A stretch of DNA of 64,000 nt, taken from Nitrospirota bacterium. GTDB taxonomy: Bacteria; Nitrospirota; UBA9217. A model generated the notes under the pieces. The model was not told where the DNA came from, ran no database searches, and saw only the letters and a program-made list of their open reading frames with translations. Made by a program: the position numbers and the translations under genes. Shown one piece after another: positions 1 through 9,393 of this stretch (positions are counted from its first letter, which is position 1; each line of letters starts with the position of its first letter). The stretch covers positions 160,001 to 224,000 of the forward strand of contig CAWCKW010000012.1 of the NCBI GenBank assembly GCA_963796285.1, read 5' to 3'.

Positions 1-516
1 ATCCTGTTCATCGTGGTCATCATGGCAACTGCCAAGAAGTCCGACTTCCCCATTGTTCCGAAACCGGACAATCTCGCACAGAGCCTCGGGATCATGGGCA
101 TCTACCGGGAGGAGTCGCTCGGCAAGGACGTGGAATGGACCGTCCATAAAACGCCGATGGGCCTGGCCCTGTTCGTGGTGATCGGCATCATGGCCGGCAT
201 GTTCGGCCTTGGCGCCGGCTGGGCGAACGTGCCCGTGCTGAACCTGCTGATGGGCGCTCCGCTCAAGATCTCGGTGGCCACGAGCAAGTTCCTGCTCTCG
301 ATCACCGACACGTCGGCCGCCTGGGTCTACCTGAACCAGGGCGCCGTGCTGCCCATGATCGTGGTGCCGTCCCTTGTCGGGATCATGCTCGGCTCTATCA
401 TCGGCGTGAAGATCCTCGCCAAGTCGAAACCCAAGGCCATCAAGTGGATGGTGATCGGTCTCCTGCTCTTCGCGGGACTCAGGTCCCTGCTCAAGGGACT
501 CGATATCTGGAAATAG
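1..516 (+). CDS. TauE/SafE family sulfite exporter/permease (5'-truncated by window)
   Basis: Frame open from base 1; hydrophobic, with GMFGLGAGWANVPVLNLLMGAPLK..ATS motif typical of TauE/SafE; followed by a DUF1634-like gene. Confidence 0.85.
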   Translation: MLFIVVIMATAKKSDFPIVPKPDNLAQSLGIMGIYREESLGKDVEWTVHKTPMGLALFVVIGIMAGMFGLGAGWANVPVLNLLMGAPLKISVATSKFLLSITDTSAAWVYLNQGAVLPMIVVPSLVGIMLGSIIGVKILAKSKPKAIKWMVIGLLLFAGLRSLLKGLDIWK

Positions 517-528
517 GAGGAACGAATA

Positions 529-951
529 ATGACGAGCGTAAAAAATAATAAGGCATCTGAAGAACAGATGGCGTATGCAGGTGTTCTCAATATCGGGATG
601 TGGCTGGGGCTCGCCGTCCTGGTGATCACCTTCTTCGTCTACATCTCGGGCGTACTCCCGACCTTTGTGCCGATCGATGATCTGCCGAAGTACTGGACCA
701 TGAGGGTGCACGATTACAACGTTGCCCTGAACGCGCCGACGGGCTGGCACTGGGCCGCGCTGGTCGGAAAGGGCGATTACCTGAATTTTGTCGGCATCGC
801 GATGCTGTCGGGGCTGACCATCCTGTGCTACCTGGTGATCCTGCCGATCCTGTACAGGAAGAAGGACACCGCTTACGTTGTCCTTGCGATCGTCGAGGTC
901 CTTGTGCTCTCGCTCGCCGCGAGCGGACTCTTGAAAGTCGGAGGACACTAG
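529..951 (+). CDS. DUF1634-like membrane protein
   Basis: AGGAGG RBS; 140 aa, 3 TM helices, TGW.W...GDYLNF.GIA motif; typical partner of TauE genes. Confidence 0.75.
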   Translation: MTSVKNNKASEEQMAYAGVLNIGMWLGLAVLVITFFVYISGVLPTFVPIDDLPKYWTMRVHDYNVALNAPTGWHWAALVGKGDYLNFVGIAMLSGLTILCYLVILPILYRKKDTAYVVLAIVEVLVLSLAASGLLKVGGH

Positions 952-982
952 ATCAAAGGTACCGATGAAAAAATCCATACTG

Positions 983-1008
983 GGGCGGCTGAGATGCCGC
1001 CCTTTTTT
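983..1008 (+). terminator. Rho-independent terminator
   Basis: GGGCGGC-tgagat-GCCGCCC followed by TTTTTT, downstream of the DUF1634 stop. Confidence 0.8.
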
Positions 1009-1056
1009 ATTTGACAACACGGATAGCCGCTGCTGATCGTCTCGTCGAGAAAAATC

Positions 1057-1084
1057 TTGACAAAACAACTGAAACGCATATACT
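1057..1084 (+). promoter_or_regulatory. Putative sigma70 promoter of the Ehr operon
   Basis: TTGACA-N16-TATACT ending ~65 bp upstream of ATG 1149. Confidence 0.65.
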
Positions 1085-1148
1085 ACGGCATCGACATGCG
1101 GAGCAACGCATGAACTGATTTTTGAGATTACCGGGATTTTTTATCATC

Positions 1149-3141
1149 ATGCAGACGGAACAATTTCTTTTTGTTGGCATCCTGCTTTTTCTTCTTGGCG
1201 CCCTCACTGCCCTTATCCCTCATAAAAAAACCAACATTCTCTCCTTATCTCTTCTCCATGTCCGGCGCGATCAGCTTTCTCGCTCCCGCATTTTACCTGG
1301 TCCTGGCCGGTCCGGTGCAATATGCCGTGATTCCGGCGTCCTCGATATTCGAGTTTTCCTTCCGCGGAGACGCCCTGTCCGGCTTTTTCATGATAACGAT
1401 CTCGCTGATCACCGTGGCCGTGTCCATCTATTCCATCGGCTTCACGCGAGACCTCCCGAACGCCGGCTTCATGGGGTTCTTCTACAATATCCTCATCCTG
1501 AGCCTCTATGCCGTGGTGCTGTCAGCGAACATCTTCACCTTCCTGATCTCCTGGGAGACCATGGCCATTGCGTCCTATTTCCTCGTGATCTTCGAGCGGA
1601 GCGAGAAGGCGGCCCGCGCAGGCCTTTTTTACGCCGTGATGACGCATATCGGCACGGCGTTCATCATCGCACTCTTCTTTATCCTTTACCGGTATACGAA
1701 CAGGATGGATTTCGAGGGAATGAAGGGGGGCATTGCGCTTGTCCCGGTGAACGTGAAATCGATCATCTTTATTTTCGCCGTGATCGGGTTCGGCACCAAG
1801 GCGGGCATCATCCCGCTGCACACCTGGATCCCCCGGGCGTACGCCGTTGTGCCGTCCAATGTCGCGGCCGTGATGTCCGGCCTCATGGTGAAGATGGGGG
1901 TCTACGGGCTTATCCGAATCTGCATGGACGTCATGGGGCAGGGACCGGAGTGGTGGGGGATCACGGTCATCGGAGTGGGCGCCGTTTCCGCGCTCCTCGG
2001 TATCCTGTACAGCCTGATCGAGAACGATCTGAAGCTCTTCCTTGCCTACTCCAGCGTCGAGAACATCGGGATCATTCTCCTGGGCGTGGGCGCGGCCATG
2101 ATGTTCAAGAGCAACGGCCTGTACGCCTTGTCTTCCCTGGCGCTCGCCGCAGCCCTGTTTCACGTGCTGAACCACGCCTTGTTCAAAGGTGCGCTCTTTT
2201 TGGGTGCCGGGTCCGTCATCGCGAGCACGGGCACGGGAAATATGGAGGACCTGGGCGGGCTTCTGAAAAGAATGCCGTACACGGGCCTCTTTTTCCTGGC
2301 AGGCGCGCTCGCGATCTGCGCGCTTCCGCCCATGAACGGTTTTGTGAGCGAATGGCTCACGTACCAGTCTCTGCTGCTCGGCTTTCAGGCGCCTTCGGTC
2401 ACGGCGAAGATCGTTTCCCCGCTCGGCGGGGCGGCGCTCGCGCTGACCGGTGCCCTGGCCGCAGCCGGGTTCGTGAAGGCCTTCGGCATCGCTTTTCTCG
2501 GCATGCCCAGGGGAGAACGGGCGCGCCACGCGCAGGAATCTTCCGTATCCATGATCTCGGGCATGGCCATGCTCGCCGTTCCGTGTCTCCTGGTAGGGGT
2601 CTTCCCCGACGCGGCCTTGTCGATTCTTCTTCCCGCAGTCTACAGCCTGACTGGCGCGTCCACGCTCGCATACCAAACGGGCATCCTCGGCATTTCGCAG
2701 ACCTCGGCGACGCTTTCACCCATGGCGATACTCATCACCATGGTCGTGATGCTCATCGCCGTGATGATCTTCATCCGGATCGCCGGAGGGAGAAGAAAGA
2801 CCGTGTACGCCGATTCCTGGGCCTGCGGCATTCCGGGCCTCACCTCGCGCATGCAGTATACGGCCACGGCCTTTACCAAGCCGCTCAGGATCATTTACAA
2901 ACGCATCTACCTTCCGAGCAGGGACCTGAAGGTGACCTATCTGGTCAAACCTTTTTTCGTGAAGTCGATCAAATACGGGGGCGAGATCACGCCGTTCTTC
3001 GAACACTACGTGTATGAGCCGGTAACGAGGTCCATCAATATTGTGGCGGGTAAAGTGAAGCTGCTCCAGTCTGGAAGCCTCCAGTTGTATCTGGGATATA
3101 TATTGATCACGCTGATCGTGCTGTTGATATTCGGAACGTAA
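1149..3141 (+). CDS. hyfB: Ehr/Hyf cluster 1 proton-translocating subunit B (HyfB/EhrA, MrpD/NuoL-like); apparent +1 frameshift near 1224-1246
   Basis: ORF 1171..3141 carries GFGTKAGIIPLHTW, AYSSVENIG, LPPMNGFVSEW and RMQYTA. A natural hydrophobic N-terminus (MQTEQFLFVGILLFLLGALTALI) starts at ATG 1149 in another frame. Confidence 0.85.
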
Positions 3142-3153
3142 GGAAAATAAAAA

Positions 3154-3350
3154 TTGATGCATTCATAACTAGTCTGACCTAACCGCCGAGACGCAGAGAC
3201 GCAGAGAAAATCCTTACTCTTCTTAATTACATTTCTCCGTGTTTCCATTTTATGGCCGCTCTTTCGTAGCCTGCTGTTGCCATATCGCGGCCACAGGCAA
3301 GAGCAGGCTTCGCCTCCGCGGTAGATGATGACAGTTTACGAGATCATCAA
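3154..3350. repeat. Nested palindromic intergenic element: outer TTGATG..CATCAA pair, family A (3182-3322) inside, hairpin 3268-3309 inside that
   Basis: Outer arms TTGATGCATTCATAACTAGTC / GACAGTTTACGAGATCATCAA; ACCGCCGAGACGCAGAGACGCAGAG...CGCCTCCGCGGT; AGCCTGCTGTTGCC/GGCAAGAGCAGGCT. Confidence 0.75.
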
Positions 3351-3364
3351 AGAATGCTTATTTT

Positions 3365-4282
3365 ATGGAATTTTTTCAATTTCTCATAATCATCTTCCTT
3401 TCGCCTCTCGTGACCGGGGTGATCAAGAAGCTCAAGGCGTACATGCAGGGCAGGGTGGGCCCGGGCGTTCTCCAGACCTACTACGACCTTCTGCGGCTGT
3501 TCAAGAAGGACATGGTCGTGTCCACGGTCACGTCCTGGATCTTCAAGGCCACGCCCTACGTCGTATTCTCGGCAACTGTGGCGGCTGCGATGATCGTTCC
3601 GGTGATCTCGACAGCGCCGGCCGGCGGCATGATGGGCGATGTCATCGCCCTCATTTATTTATTCGCTCTTGCCCGTTTCTTCATGGCCCTGGCGGGGCTC
3701 GACGCCGGGACCGCCTTTGGCGGAGAGGGGAGCAGCCGGGAAATGACCGTCGCGATCCTGGTCGAACCCATGATGATGCTCGCTCTCTTTACGGCCGCCA
3801 TAGCGGCGGGATCGACGAACATCGCGCGCATCGCCGATGCGCAGGGGGCGGCCTATTCGCCGTCGCACCTGCTGGCGTTGTCCGCCTTTATCGTGGCGAT
3901 CATCGCCGAGACGGGCAGGGTGCCTGTGGACAACCCGGACACGCACCTCGAACTCACGATGATCCACGAAGGCATGGTCCTGGAATACTCCGGCAAGTAC
4001 CTCGCGCTCATGGAGTGGGCGCACTCCATGAAGCAGATGATCCTGTTCACGCTTGCCGCGGACATATTCCTTCCATTGGGAATGATGCACCCGGCCGGCG
4101 GCGCGGGATTCGTAACCGCGATCGGCGCGTACGCGCTGAAGATGTCCGGTATGGCGCTTCTGATGGCGGTCGTGGAGTCGACGCGAGCGAAGGTCCGGTT
4201 CTTTCAGCTCCCCTCGATCCTCGGAGGCGCCTTCGTGCTCGCGTTCCTGTCGCTGGTGACGCATATCATGATGGGGAAGTAG
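3365..4282 (+). CDS. hyfC: Ehr/Hyf cluster 1 subunit C (HyfC/NuoH-like)
   Basis: QGRVGP..Q.YYDL, AETGRVPVDNPDTHLELTMIHEGMVLEYSG. Confidence 0.92.
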   Translation: MEFFQFLIIIFLSPLVTGVIKKLKAYMQGRVGPGVLQTYYDLLRLFKKDMVVSTVTSWIFKATPYVVFSATVAAAMIVPVISTAPAGGMMGDVIALIYLFALARFFMALAGLDAGTAFGGEGSSREMTVAILVEPMMMLALFTAAIAAGSTNIARIADAQGAAYSPSHLLALSAFIVAIIAETGRVPVDNPDTHLELTMIHEGMVLEYSGKYLALMEWAHSMKQMILFTLAADIFLPLGMMHPAGGAGFVTAIGAYALKMSGMALLMAVVESTRAKVRFFQLPSILGGAFVLAFLSLVTHIMMGK

Positions 4283-4336
4283 CGACATGCGGAGCGTGCC
4301 GAGGTGTGTTTCATATTTACTAGTCAGTTACAACTT

Positions 4337-4532
4337 AAATTCTTCTCAAAATGGGAAGATTATTTCGCGCAATGGCCGAGAAGAGGGCCACACTGAGGCG
4401 CAAAGCTCGCAAAGAAAGTCTAAATCATTTGTTTTTTAAAGCAAGAGTTCAAGGTTTTCTTGGCGTCCTTTGCGGCTTTGCGAGAGAAGCCTTTTAGCCT
4501 TTTCCATTTTGTTCCGGCTTGTCCGGTTTAGG
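4337..4532. repeat. Family B palindromic element
   Basis: AAATTCT.CTCAAAA..TTTCGCGCAA..CGCAAAGCTCGCAAAG...CTTTGCGGCTTTGCGAGAGA...GTTCCGGCTTGTCCGGTTTAGG; colinear copy at 8483-8657. Confidence 0.8.
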
Positions 4533-4544
4533 GAGCGCAGCGAC

Positions 4545-5204
4545 ATGAAAGCATGGTTGGAGGCTTTTTCCATAACCGATTACATTTCTGTCGGCATACT
4601 TCTGACGGCGGTGACCCTGAATGCCTTCAAGAGCATCGAGTCATACGTGACGGCCTACACGATCAACTCCTGGCTTCTGGCCAGCCTGATCGCCGTGGTA
4701 GCAATACTGGCGGGCGAGACGCACTTATACATCGCCGCCCTCTTGACCCTGGCTACGAAAGGCATCCTTATTCCGATCTTTCTCCGCAGGATCGTGCGCC
4801 AGATGCGGGTGACTCACGAGGTGCAGCCCTACATCAGCAACGCCTTGTCCCTCGCCATCTCGGGCATTCTCGTGGCCGTGGTGTACGCCTCGCTTAAGGA
4901 CGGCATCTTCGTGACCGGTTTTTCACGGAACGTTCTCCAGATCTCCATCGCCGTGATCCTGATCAGCCTGTTCATCATGATCACGAGGAAAAAGGCCTTG
5001 ACGCAGGTGCTGGGGCTGCTGTTCATGGAGAACGGGCTCTTTCTCGCGGGCTTTTCCCTGACCTTCGGCATGCCGACCATGATCGAGCTCGGCGTGCTGT
5101 TCGACATGCTCATGGGAGTGATCATCCTGGGGATCTTCGCCATCCAGATCAAGCGCGCCTTTGCCTCGGCGGACCTGGACAAGCTTACGGTGCTTAAAGG
5201 ATGA
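4545..5204 (+). CDS. hyfE: Ehr/Hyf cluster 1 subunit E (HyfE)
   Basis: GGAG RBS before ATG 4545; QVLGLLFMENG, GMPTMIELGVLFD, C-terminal L..LKG. Confidence 0.9.
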   Translation: MKAWLEAFSITDYISVGILLTAVTLNAFKSIESYVTAYTINSWLLASLIAVVAILAGETHLYIAALLTLATKGILIPIFLRRIVRQMRVTHEVQPYISNALSLAISGILVAVVYASLKDGIFVTGFSRNVLQISIAVILISLFIMITRKKALTQVLGLLFMENGLFLAGFSLTFGMPTMIELGVLFDMLMGVIILGIFAIQIKRAFASADLDKLTVLKG

Positions 5205-5207
5205 GCG

Positions 5208-5391
5208 GCGCGCACGGTGCGCCGAATTGGAAAATGAAGATTGTACCCTGCACTCGCGCGGGGCACTCGTAAGCGCTGGGCACAGGTAAATTGGAAATTT
5301 CAGAATTGAAGTAAAATCATTAAAATCTTCATTCTTCAATTTCCAATCTCCAATTTCCAATGGAGCAAAGCGACAATCGGAGCAAAGCGAC
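5208..5391. repeat. Family C heptamer (ATTGGAA/TTCCAAT) inverted element with nested GC-rich hairpin and tandem GGAGCAAAGCGAC
   Basis: AATTGGAAAATGAAGATTG...CAATTTCCAATCTCCAATTTCCAAT; GGAGCAAAGCGAC twice (5362-5374, 5379-5391). Confidence 0.75.
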
Positions 5392-5395
5392 TAAT

Positions 5396-6886
5396 ATGCT
5401 TGCACTATTGATCATACCTGTCATCACCGCGATCATCTGCTATAACATGCGGAATCCGCGCATTGTCGGCTACGTAAGTCTTCTCGGCGTGGCGACGGTG
5501 GTCGTGTGCGCGTTCCCGGTCATTGCCGCATCTTTTGCCGGTTCGGTCTCCGATCTGAGCGGGGCGTTTTCCATGGACGCCCTGTCGGGGTACATCATGG
5601 CGCTGGTGATCTTACTGAGCCTCGCCTCGGCCATCTATTCCATCGGTTATCTTGAGCATGAGTTCGACACCGGCCTCATGAACCTTCGCGGCGTGAGGAC
5701 CTATTACGGACTGTTCCACCTCTTTATCTTTACCATGCTCCTCGTGACCATGGCGAACAACCTCGCTGTCATGTGGATTGGCATCGAGGCGACGACCATC
5801 GTATCCGCGCTCCTCATCGGTCTCGGGTTTCACAAGCGGCCCCTGGCCGTCGAAGCCGCGTGGAAGTACATCATCCTGTGCACGGTCGGCATCACCTTCG
5901 CCCTGCTCGGCACCTTCATCGCTTACTACGCGTCAACGGCGGTCATGGGCGCCGAAGGCGCGCTCAATTGGACCGAACTGAGAGGCGTGGCCCACAGGCT
6001 GAATCCCGAAACCATGAAACTTGCGTTCGTCTTCGTGCTCGTGGGTTACGGCACCAAAGCAGGCCTCGCCCCGGTGCATAACTGGCTGCCCGACGCCCAC
6101 AGCCAGGCGCCAAGCCCCATCAGCGCACTGCTCTCGGGCATTCTCCTGAACACGGCCTTCTACGGCATCATGCGCTTCGTCTCGATCATTGAGCCATCGA
6201 CCGGCAGAGCGTTCACCGGGAACCTGCTCATCATCTTCGGACTCATCTCGATCGGCATCTCGTCCATCTTCATCCTGGTGCAGGACAATTACAAGAGGCT
6301 CCTCGCGTACAGCAGCATCGAGCATATGGGCATCATCGCCCTGGGCATCGGCATCGGCGGGCCGGTGGGGATCTACGGCGCGCTGCTCCACATCCTGAAC
6401 CATGCCCTGTCCAAGCCGCTGATGTTCTTCGCTTCAGGCAAAATTCAGGCGCGCTTCGGTTCCACGAACATCGCGAATGTGAACGGCGTTCTTTCGTCGA
6501 TGCCGCTGCTCGGCGCGCTCACGTTCATCGGCGCATTGTCGCTTTCGGGTACGCCGCCTTTTAATATTTTCATGAGTGAGTTCACGGTTATGAAGGCTGC
6601 TGTCGACAGGGGATTGTGGCCCGTGGTGGCGCTCTTCCTGGTGTTCGTGGTCATCGTGTTTTACGGAGTGCTTTCGGGATTCGGGAAGATGTTGTTCGGC
6701 AAGCCGGGAGAAGTCCTGGTCCCTGATGCCGGCGCGCACCATGCCTCCGCGTTTACGTTCGGAGAATTCCTGGGCAACGCGGTGATGGTCGTCATGGCGA
6801 TAGCGGTCATTGTCATGGGCGTAACGGTCCCCGGGTTTGTCGACAACGCGATCAGGACCTGTGTTCAGGTCCTCGGAGCAAATTGA
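5396..6886 (+). CDS. hyfF: Ehr/Hyf cluster 1 subunit F (HyfF, MrpD/NuoM-like)
   Basis: EAAWKYIILC, GYGTKAGLAPVHNWLPDAHSQAP, KRLLAYSSIEHMG; ATG 5396 preferred because 5360 lies inside the repeat. Confidence 0.92.
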   Translation: MLALLIIPVITAIICYNMRNPRIVGYVSLLGVATVVVCAFPVIAASFAGSVSDLSGAFSMDALSGYIMALVILLSLASAIYSIGYLEHEFDTGLMNLRGVRTYYGLFHLFIFTMLLVTMANNLAVMWIGIEATTIVSALLIGLGFHKRPLAVEAAWKYIILCTVGITFALLGTFIAYYASTAVMGAEGALNWTELRGVAHRLNPETMKLAFVFVLVGYGTKAGLAPVHNWLPDAHSQAPSPISALLSGILLNTAFYGIMRFVSIIEPSTGRAFTGNLLIIFGLISIGISSIFILVQDNYKRLLAYSSIEHMGIIALGIGIGGPVGIYGALLHILNHALSKPLMFFASGKIQARFGSTNIANVNGVLSSMPLLGALTFIGALSLSGTPPFNIFMSEFTVMKAAVDRGLWPVVALFLVFVVIVFYGVLSGFGKMLFGKPGEVLVPDAGAHHASAFTFGEFLGNAVMVVMAIAVIVMGVTVPGFVDNAIRTCVQVLGAN

Positions 6887-8454
6887 TGGAAAAGATCATA
6901 AAAAAAGCGCTCAGCGTCAAGGAACGGTTGAACGAATCCACCATCGAAGTGAACAGGGACGACTTCAAGTATTGTTGCCAGTATTTTATCGACGATCTTC
7001 ATGCGCTGCTGCGCGTCATGTTCGCGACCGATGAGCGGGAACGGGACGGCGTGTTCAGGGTCTACGTGGTTTTTTCGATACCCGGGACGGATCGGTTCAA
7101 CAGTATCGTCCTCGCGCTGAAGGAGGATGATCTCTCGTTCCCCTCGCTCACGCCTCATATTCCCGCCGCTCACTGGTACGAACGCGAGATCATGGATCTG
7201 TTCGGCCTGACGCCGAAGGGACATCCCGACCAGCGCAGGCTTGTTTTTCACGAAGCCTTTCCTGCGAATGCGCACCCGCTTCGCAAGGACTGGTCGATTT
7301 CTGAGTCCGAACTCAGCGAATGGGGCGAGGGAACGATGGTAAAGGTCCCGCATCCCTTCATGGAAGTCGCGGGCGAAGGGATCCTGGAGATCCCGGTGGG
7401 ACCGGTGCACGCGGGCATCATTGAACCCGGACATTTCAGGTTCAGCGCAGTGGGAGAAACCATATTTTTTCTCGAGCCCCGGCTGTTCTATACGCACAAG
7501 GGCACGGAAAAACATTTTGAGACCCTGGGCTTTATCGAAGGCGTGAAGCTTGCCGAGCGCGTTTCGGGCACGTCCTCCTTTTCCCATGGGGCCGCATACT
7601 GCATGGCGGTAGAGCGCATGATGGGGATCGAGATCACCGAGAGGGCCTCGGCAGTGCGGACGCTTCTGCTCGAACTTGAACGTCTGTACAATCACATCGG
7701 CGATATCGGGAACATGTGCGCTGGAACAGCTTTAGGCGTAGGGTATATGAACGGCGCCGTGATCAAAGAACGGCTCATGCAGCTCAACGAACGGCTTACC
7801 GGCAGCAGGTATCTGCGCAACGTGAACGTCGCCGGCGGCGTTACGAAGGACGTATATTCCCGGACCGATGATATTCTCAAGACCCTCGATATCGTCACCC
7901 GGGAATATAAGGAACTCATGAAACTGCTGCTGGGTTCGGTCTCTCATATAGAACGGCTCGAGAATACCGGCAGGTTATCGAAGGACATCGCCCGAAAGCT
8001 CGGCGTCACCGGCGTGGCGGCCCGCGCATCGGGTCTGGCCGACGACATAAGAAAGTCCCATCCCCATCTTCTGTACGACCGCCTGATATTCGAAGCCCAC
8101 ACCCTTGAAAAAGGGGATGTGATGGCGCGCATGATGGTCAGGTCGGAAGAAATAGAATGTTCCATATCCATGATACAGGAGCTCATCGAAAGCGGGTACA
8201 AGGGCGAACTTGCCGTTCCGGTGAAGACTCCGGCGCCGTATTCGTCCGCGTTAGGATATGTAGAGACGCCGCGGGGGTCGTTATTCTACTTTGTCATGGC
8301 GGACAAGGACGGGAAGCCGCTCAGGGTGAAGCTTCGCTCGCCGTCGTACTGCAACTGGCCCGCGGTGCCCTTCGCGGTCCACGGGAACATCGTGCCTGAC
8401 TTCCCCCTGTGCAATAAGAGCTTTAATTTATCGTATTCAGGGACGGATATGTAG
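6886..8454 (+). CDS. hyfG: Ehr cluster 1 large subunit (HyfG-like NuoC+NuoD fusion) lacking [NiFe] CxxC motifs
   Basis: TGATG overlap with hyfF; WYEREIMDLFG, GPVHAGIIEPGHFRF; L1 site is ERVSGTS and L2 site is FNLSYSG, with no Cys pairs. Confidence 0.92.
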   Translation: MEKIIKKALSVKERLNESTIEVNRDDFKYCCQYFIDDLHALLRVMFATDERERDGVFRVYVVFSIPGTDRFNSIVLALKEDDLSFPSLTPHIPAAHWYEREIMDLFGLTPKGHPDQRRLVFHEAFPANAHPLRKDWSISESELSEWGEGTMVKVPHPFMEVAGEGILEIPVGPVHAGIIEPGHFRFSAVGETIFFLEPRLFYTHKGTEKHFETLGFIEGVKLAERVSGTSSFSHGAAYCMAVERMMGIEITERASAVRTLLLELERLYNHIGDIGNMCAGTALGVGYMNGAVIKERLMQLNERLTGSRYLRNVNVAGGVTKDVYSRTDDILKTLDIVTREYKELMKLLLGSVSHIERLENTGRLSKDIARKLGVTGVAARASGLADDIRKSHPHLLYDRLIFEAHTLEKGDVMARMMVRSEEIECSISMIQELIESGYKGELAVPVKTPAPYSSALGYVETPRGSLFYFVMADKDGKPLRVKLRSPSYCNWPAVPFAVHGNIVPDFPLCNKSFNLSYSGTDM

Positions 8455-8482
8455 AGAGGCGGGAGTTAGTAACCAAAGAATC

Positions 8483-8657
8483 AAATTCTACTCAAAACGG
8501 CAAGAATATTTCGCGCAAAGTCGCTAAGCTCGCAAAGAAAGCCAAATTATTTGTTTTTTAAAAAACCAAGACTTACAGATTTTCTTGGCATCCTTTGCGG
8601 TTTTGCGCGAGACGCCTTTCGGTTTTGACCTTTCGGTTCCGGCTTGTCCGGGTTAGG
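8483..8657. repeat. Family B palindromic element (second copy)
   Basis: Colinear with 4337-4532, ends GTTCCGGCTTGTCCGGGTTAGG; followed by GGAGTT-like short repeats. Confidence 0.8.
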
Positions 8658-8781
8658 AGTTCGGAGTTAGGATTAAGGAGTAAAGAGATCAGAGAATAAG
8701 CCGATTTGAAGCATCGGACTTCAACCGAGGGTGTCAGAACGGCAATAATGTCATCTTGAATGCGAATAAGAAGAGAATATT

Positions 8782-9306
8782 ATGCTTAAAGAAATTATCA
8801 GGAACATAGTTTCCAAAAAGAAAGCCCTTCCATTCCCGGAAGGGTTTACCCTCGCCCCGGAGCAGGCGTTGAAGATTGTTGACTTTCAGCGAAAGATTGA
8901 TACAATCTTTAAGAGGTCGCTCCGGATCAGGCACATAGACGCGGGTTCGTGCAATGCCTGCGAGTGGGAATGCACCGCGCTGACGAATCCGGTCTACGAC
9001 ATCCAGCGGTTCGGCGTCGACTTCGTGGCTTCGCCGCGTCATGCCGATGTTCTGCTCGTGACCGGGCCGGTAAGCCGCCAGATGGAGTTGGCGCTCAAGA
9101 GGACGTACCTCGCGACTCCCGAGCCGAGGATTGTTGTCGCGTGCGGAGATTGCGCGCTGGACGGCGGCATTTATAAAGGCAGCTATGCGGTCACGAACGG
9201 GGCGGCGAAGGTGATCCCCGTGGACGGATATATCCCCGGATGCCCGCCGACGCCCGCCGCGGTCATGATCGGACTTTCCGAGATCATCGATAAAATCGCC
9301 CGATGA
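8782..9306 (+). CDS. hyfI: Ehr cluster 1 small Fe-S subunit (HyfI/NuoB-like)
   Basis: DAGSCNACE, SPRHAD, GDCA, IPGCPP: four Cys for one [4Fe-4S] cluster. Confidence 0.92.
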   Translation: MLKEIIRNIVSKKKALPFPEGFTLAPEQALKIVDFQRKIDTIFKRSLRIRHIDAGSCNACEWECTALTNPVYDIQRFGVDFVASPRHADVLLVTGPVSRQMELALKRTYLATPEPRIVVACGDCALDGGIYKGSYAVTNGAAKVIPVDGYIPGCPPTPAAVMIGLSEIIDKIAR

Positions 9307-9393
9307 ATTGATCGTCTCGTGAGCACGGATTTTATTTCCAACAACTGATCAGTTCCAGATTAAAGATGCAGGGATACTCGGGGAGGTAAGAAC

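Noticed and set aside
952-1148. Fluoride (crcB) or other riboswitch ahead of the hyf-like operon
   Set aside because: No GGNGATGG..TC.CC / CTGATG..YCTAC consensus is visible; an Rfam scan would settle it.
1122-3017. 631-aa overlapping ORF, plus the many antisense and alternate-frame ORFs in the track
   Set aside because: These are shadow frames of GC3-rich genes with Arg/Gly/Pro-rich nonsense composition. Only the first ~30 codons from ATG 1149 look real, as the hyfB N-terminus.
1034-9320. TGATCGTCTCGT shared upstream of both hyfB genes (1034-1045, 9309-9320) as a regulator site
   Set aside because: It closely matches the TTGATG.TCTCGT arm of the repeat at 3154/3350, so it is more likely a repeat remnant. 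Spacing to the start codons also differs.
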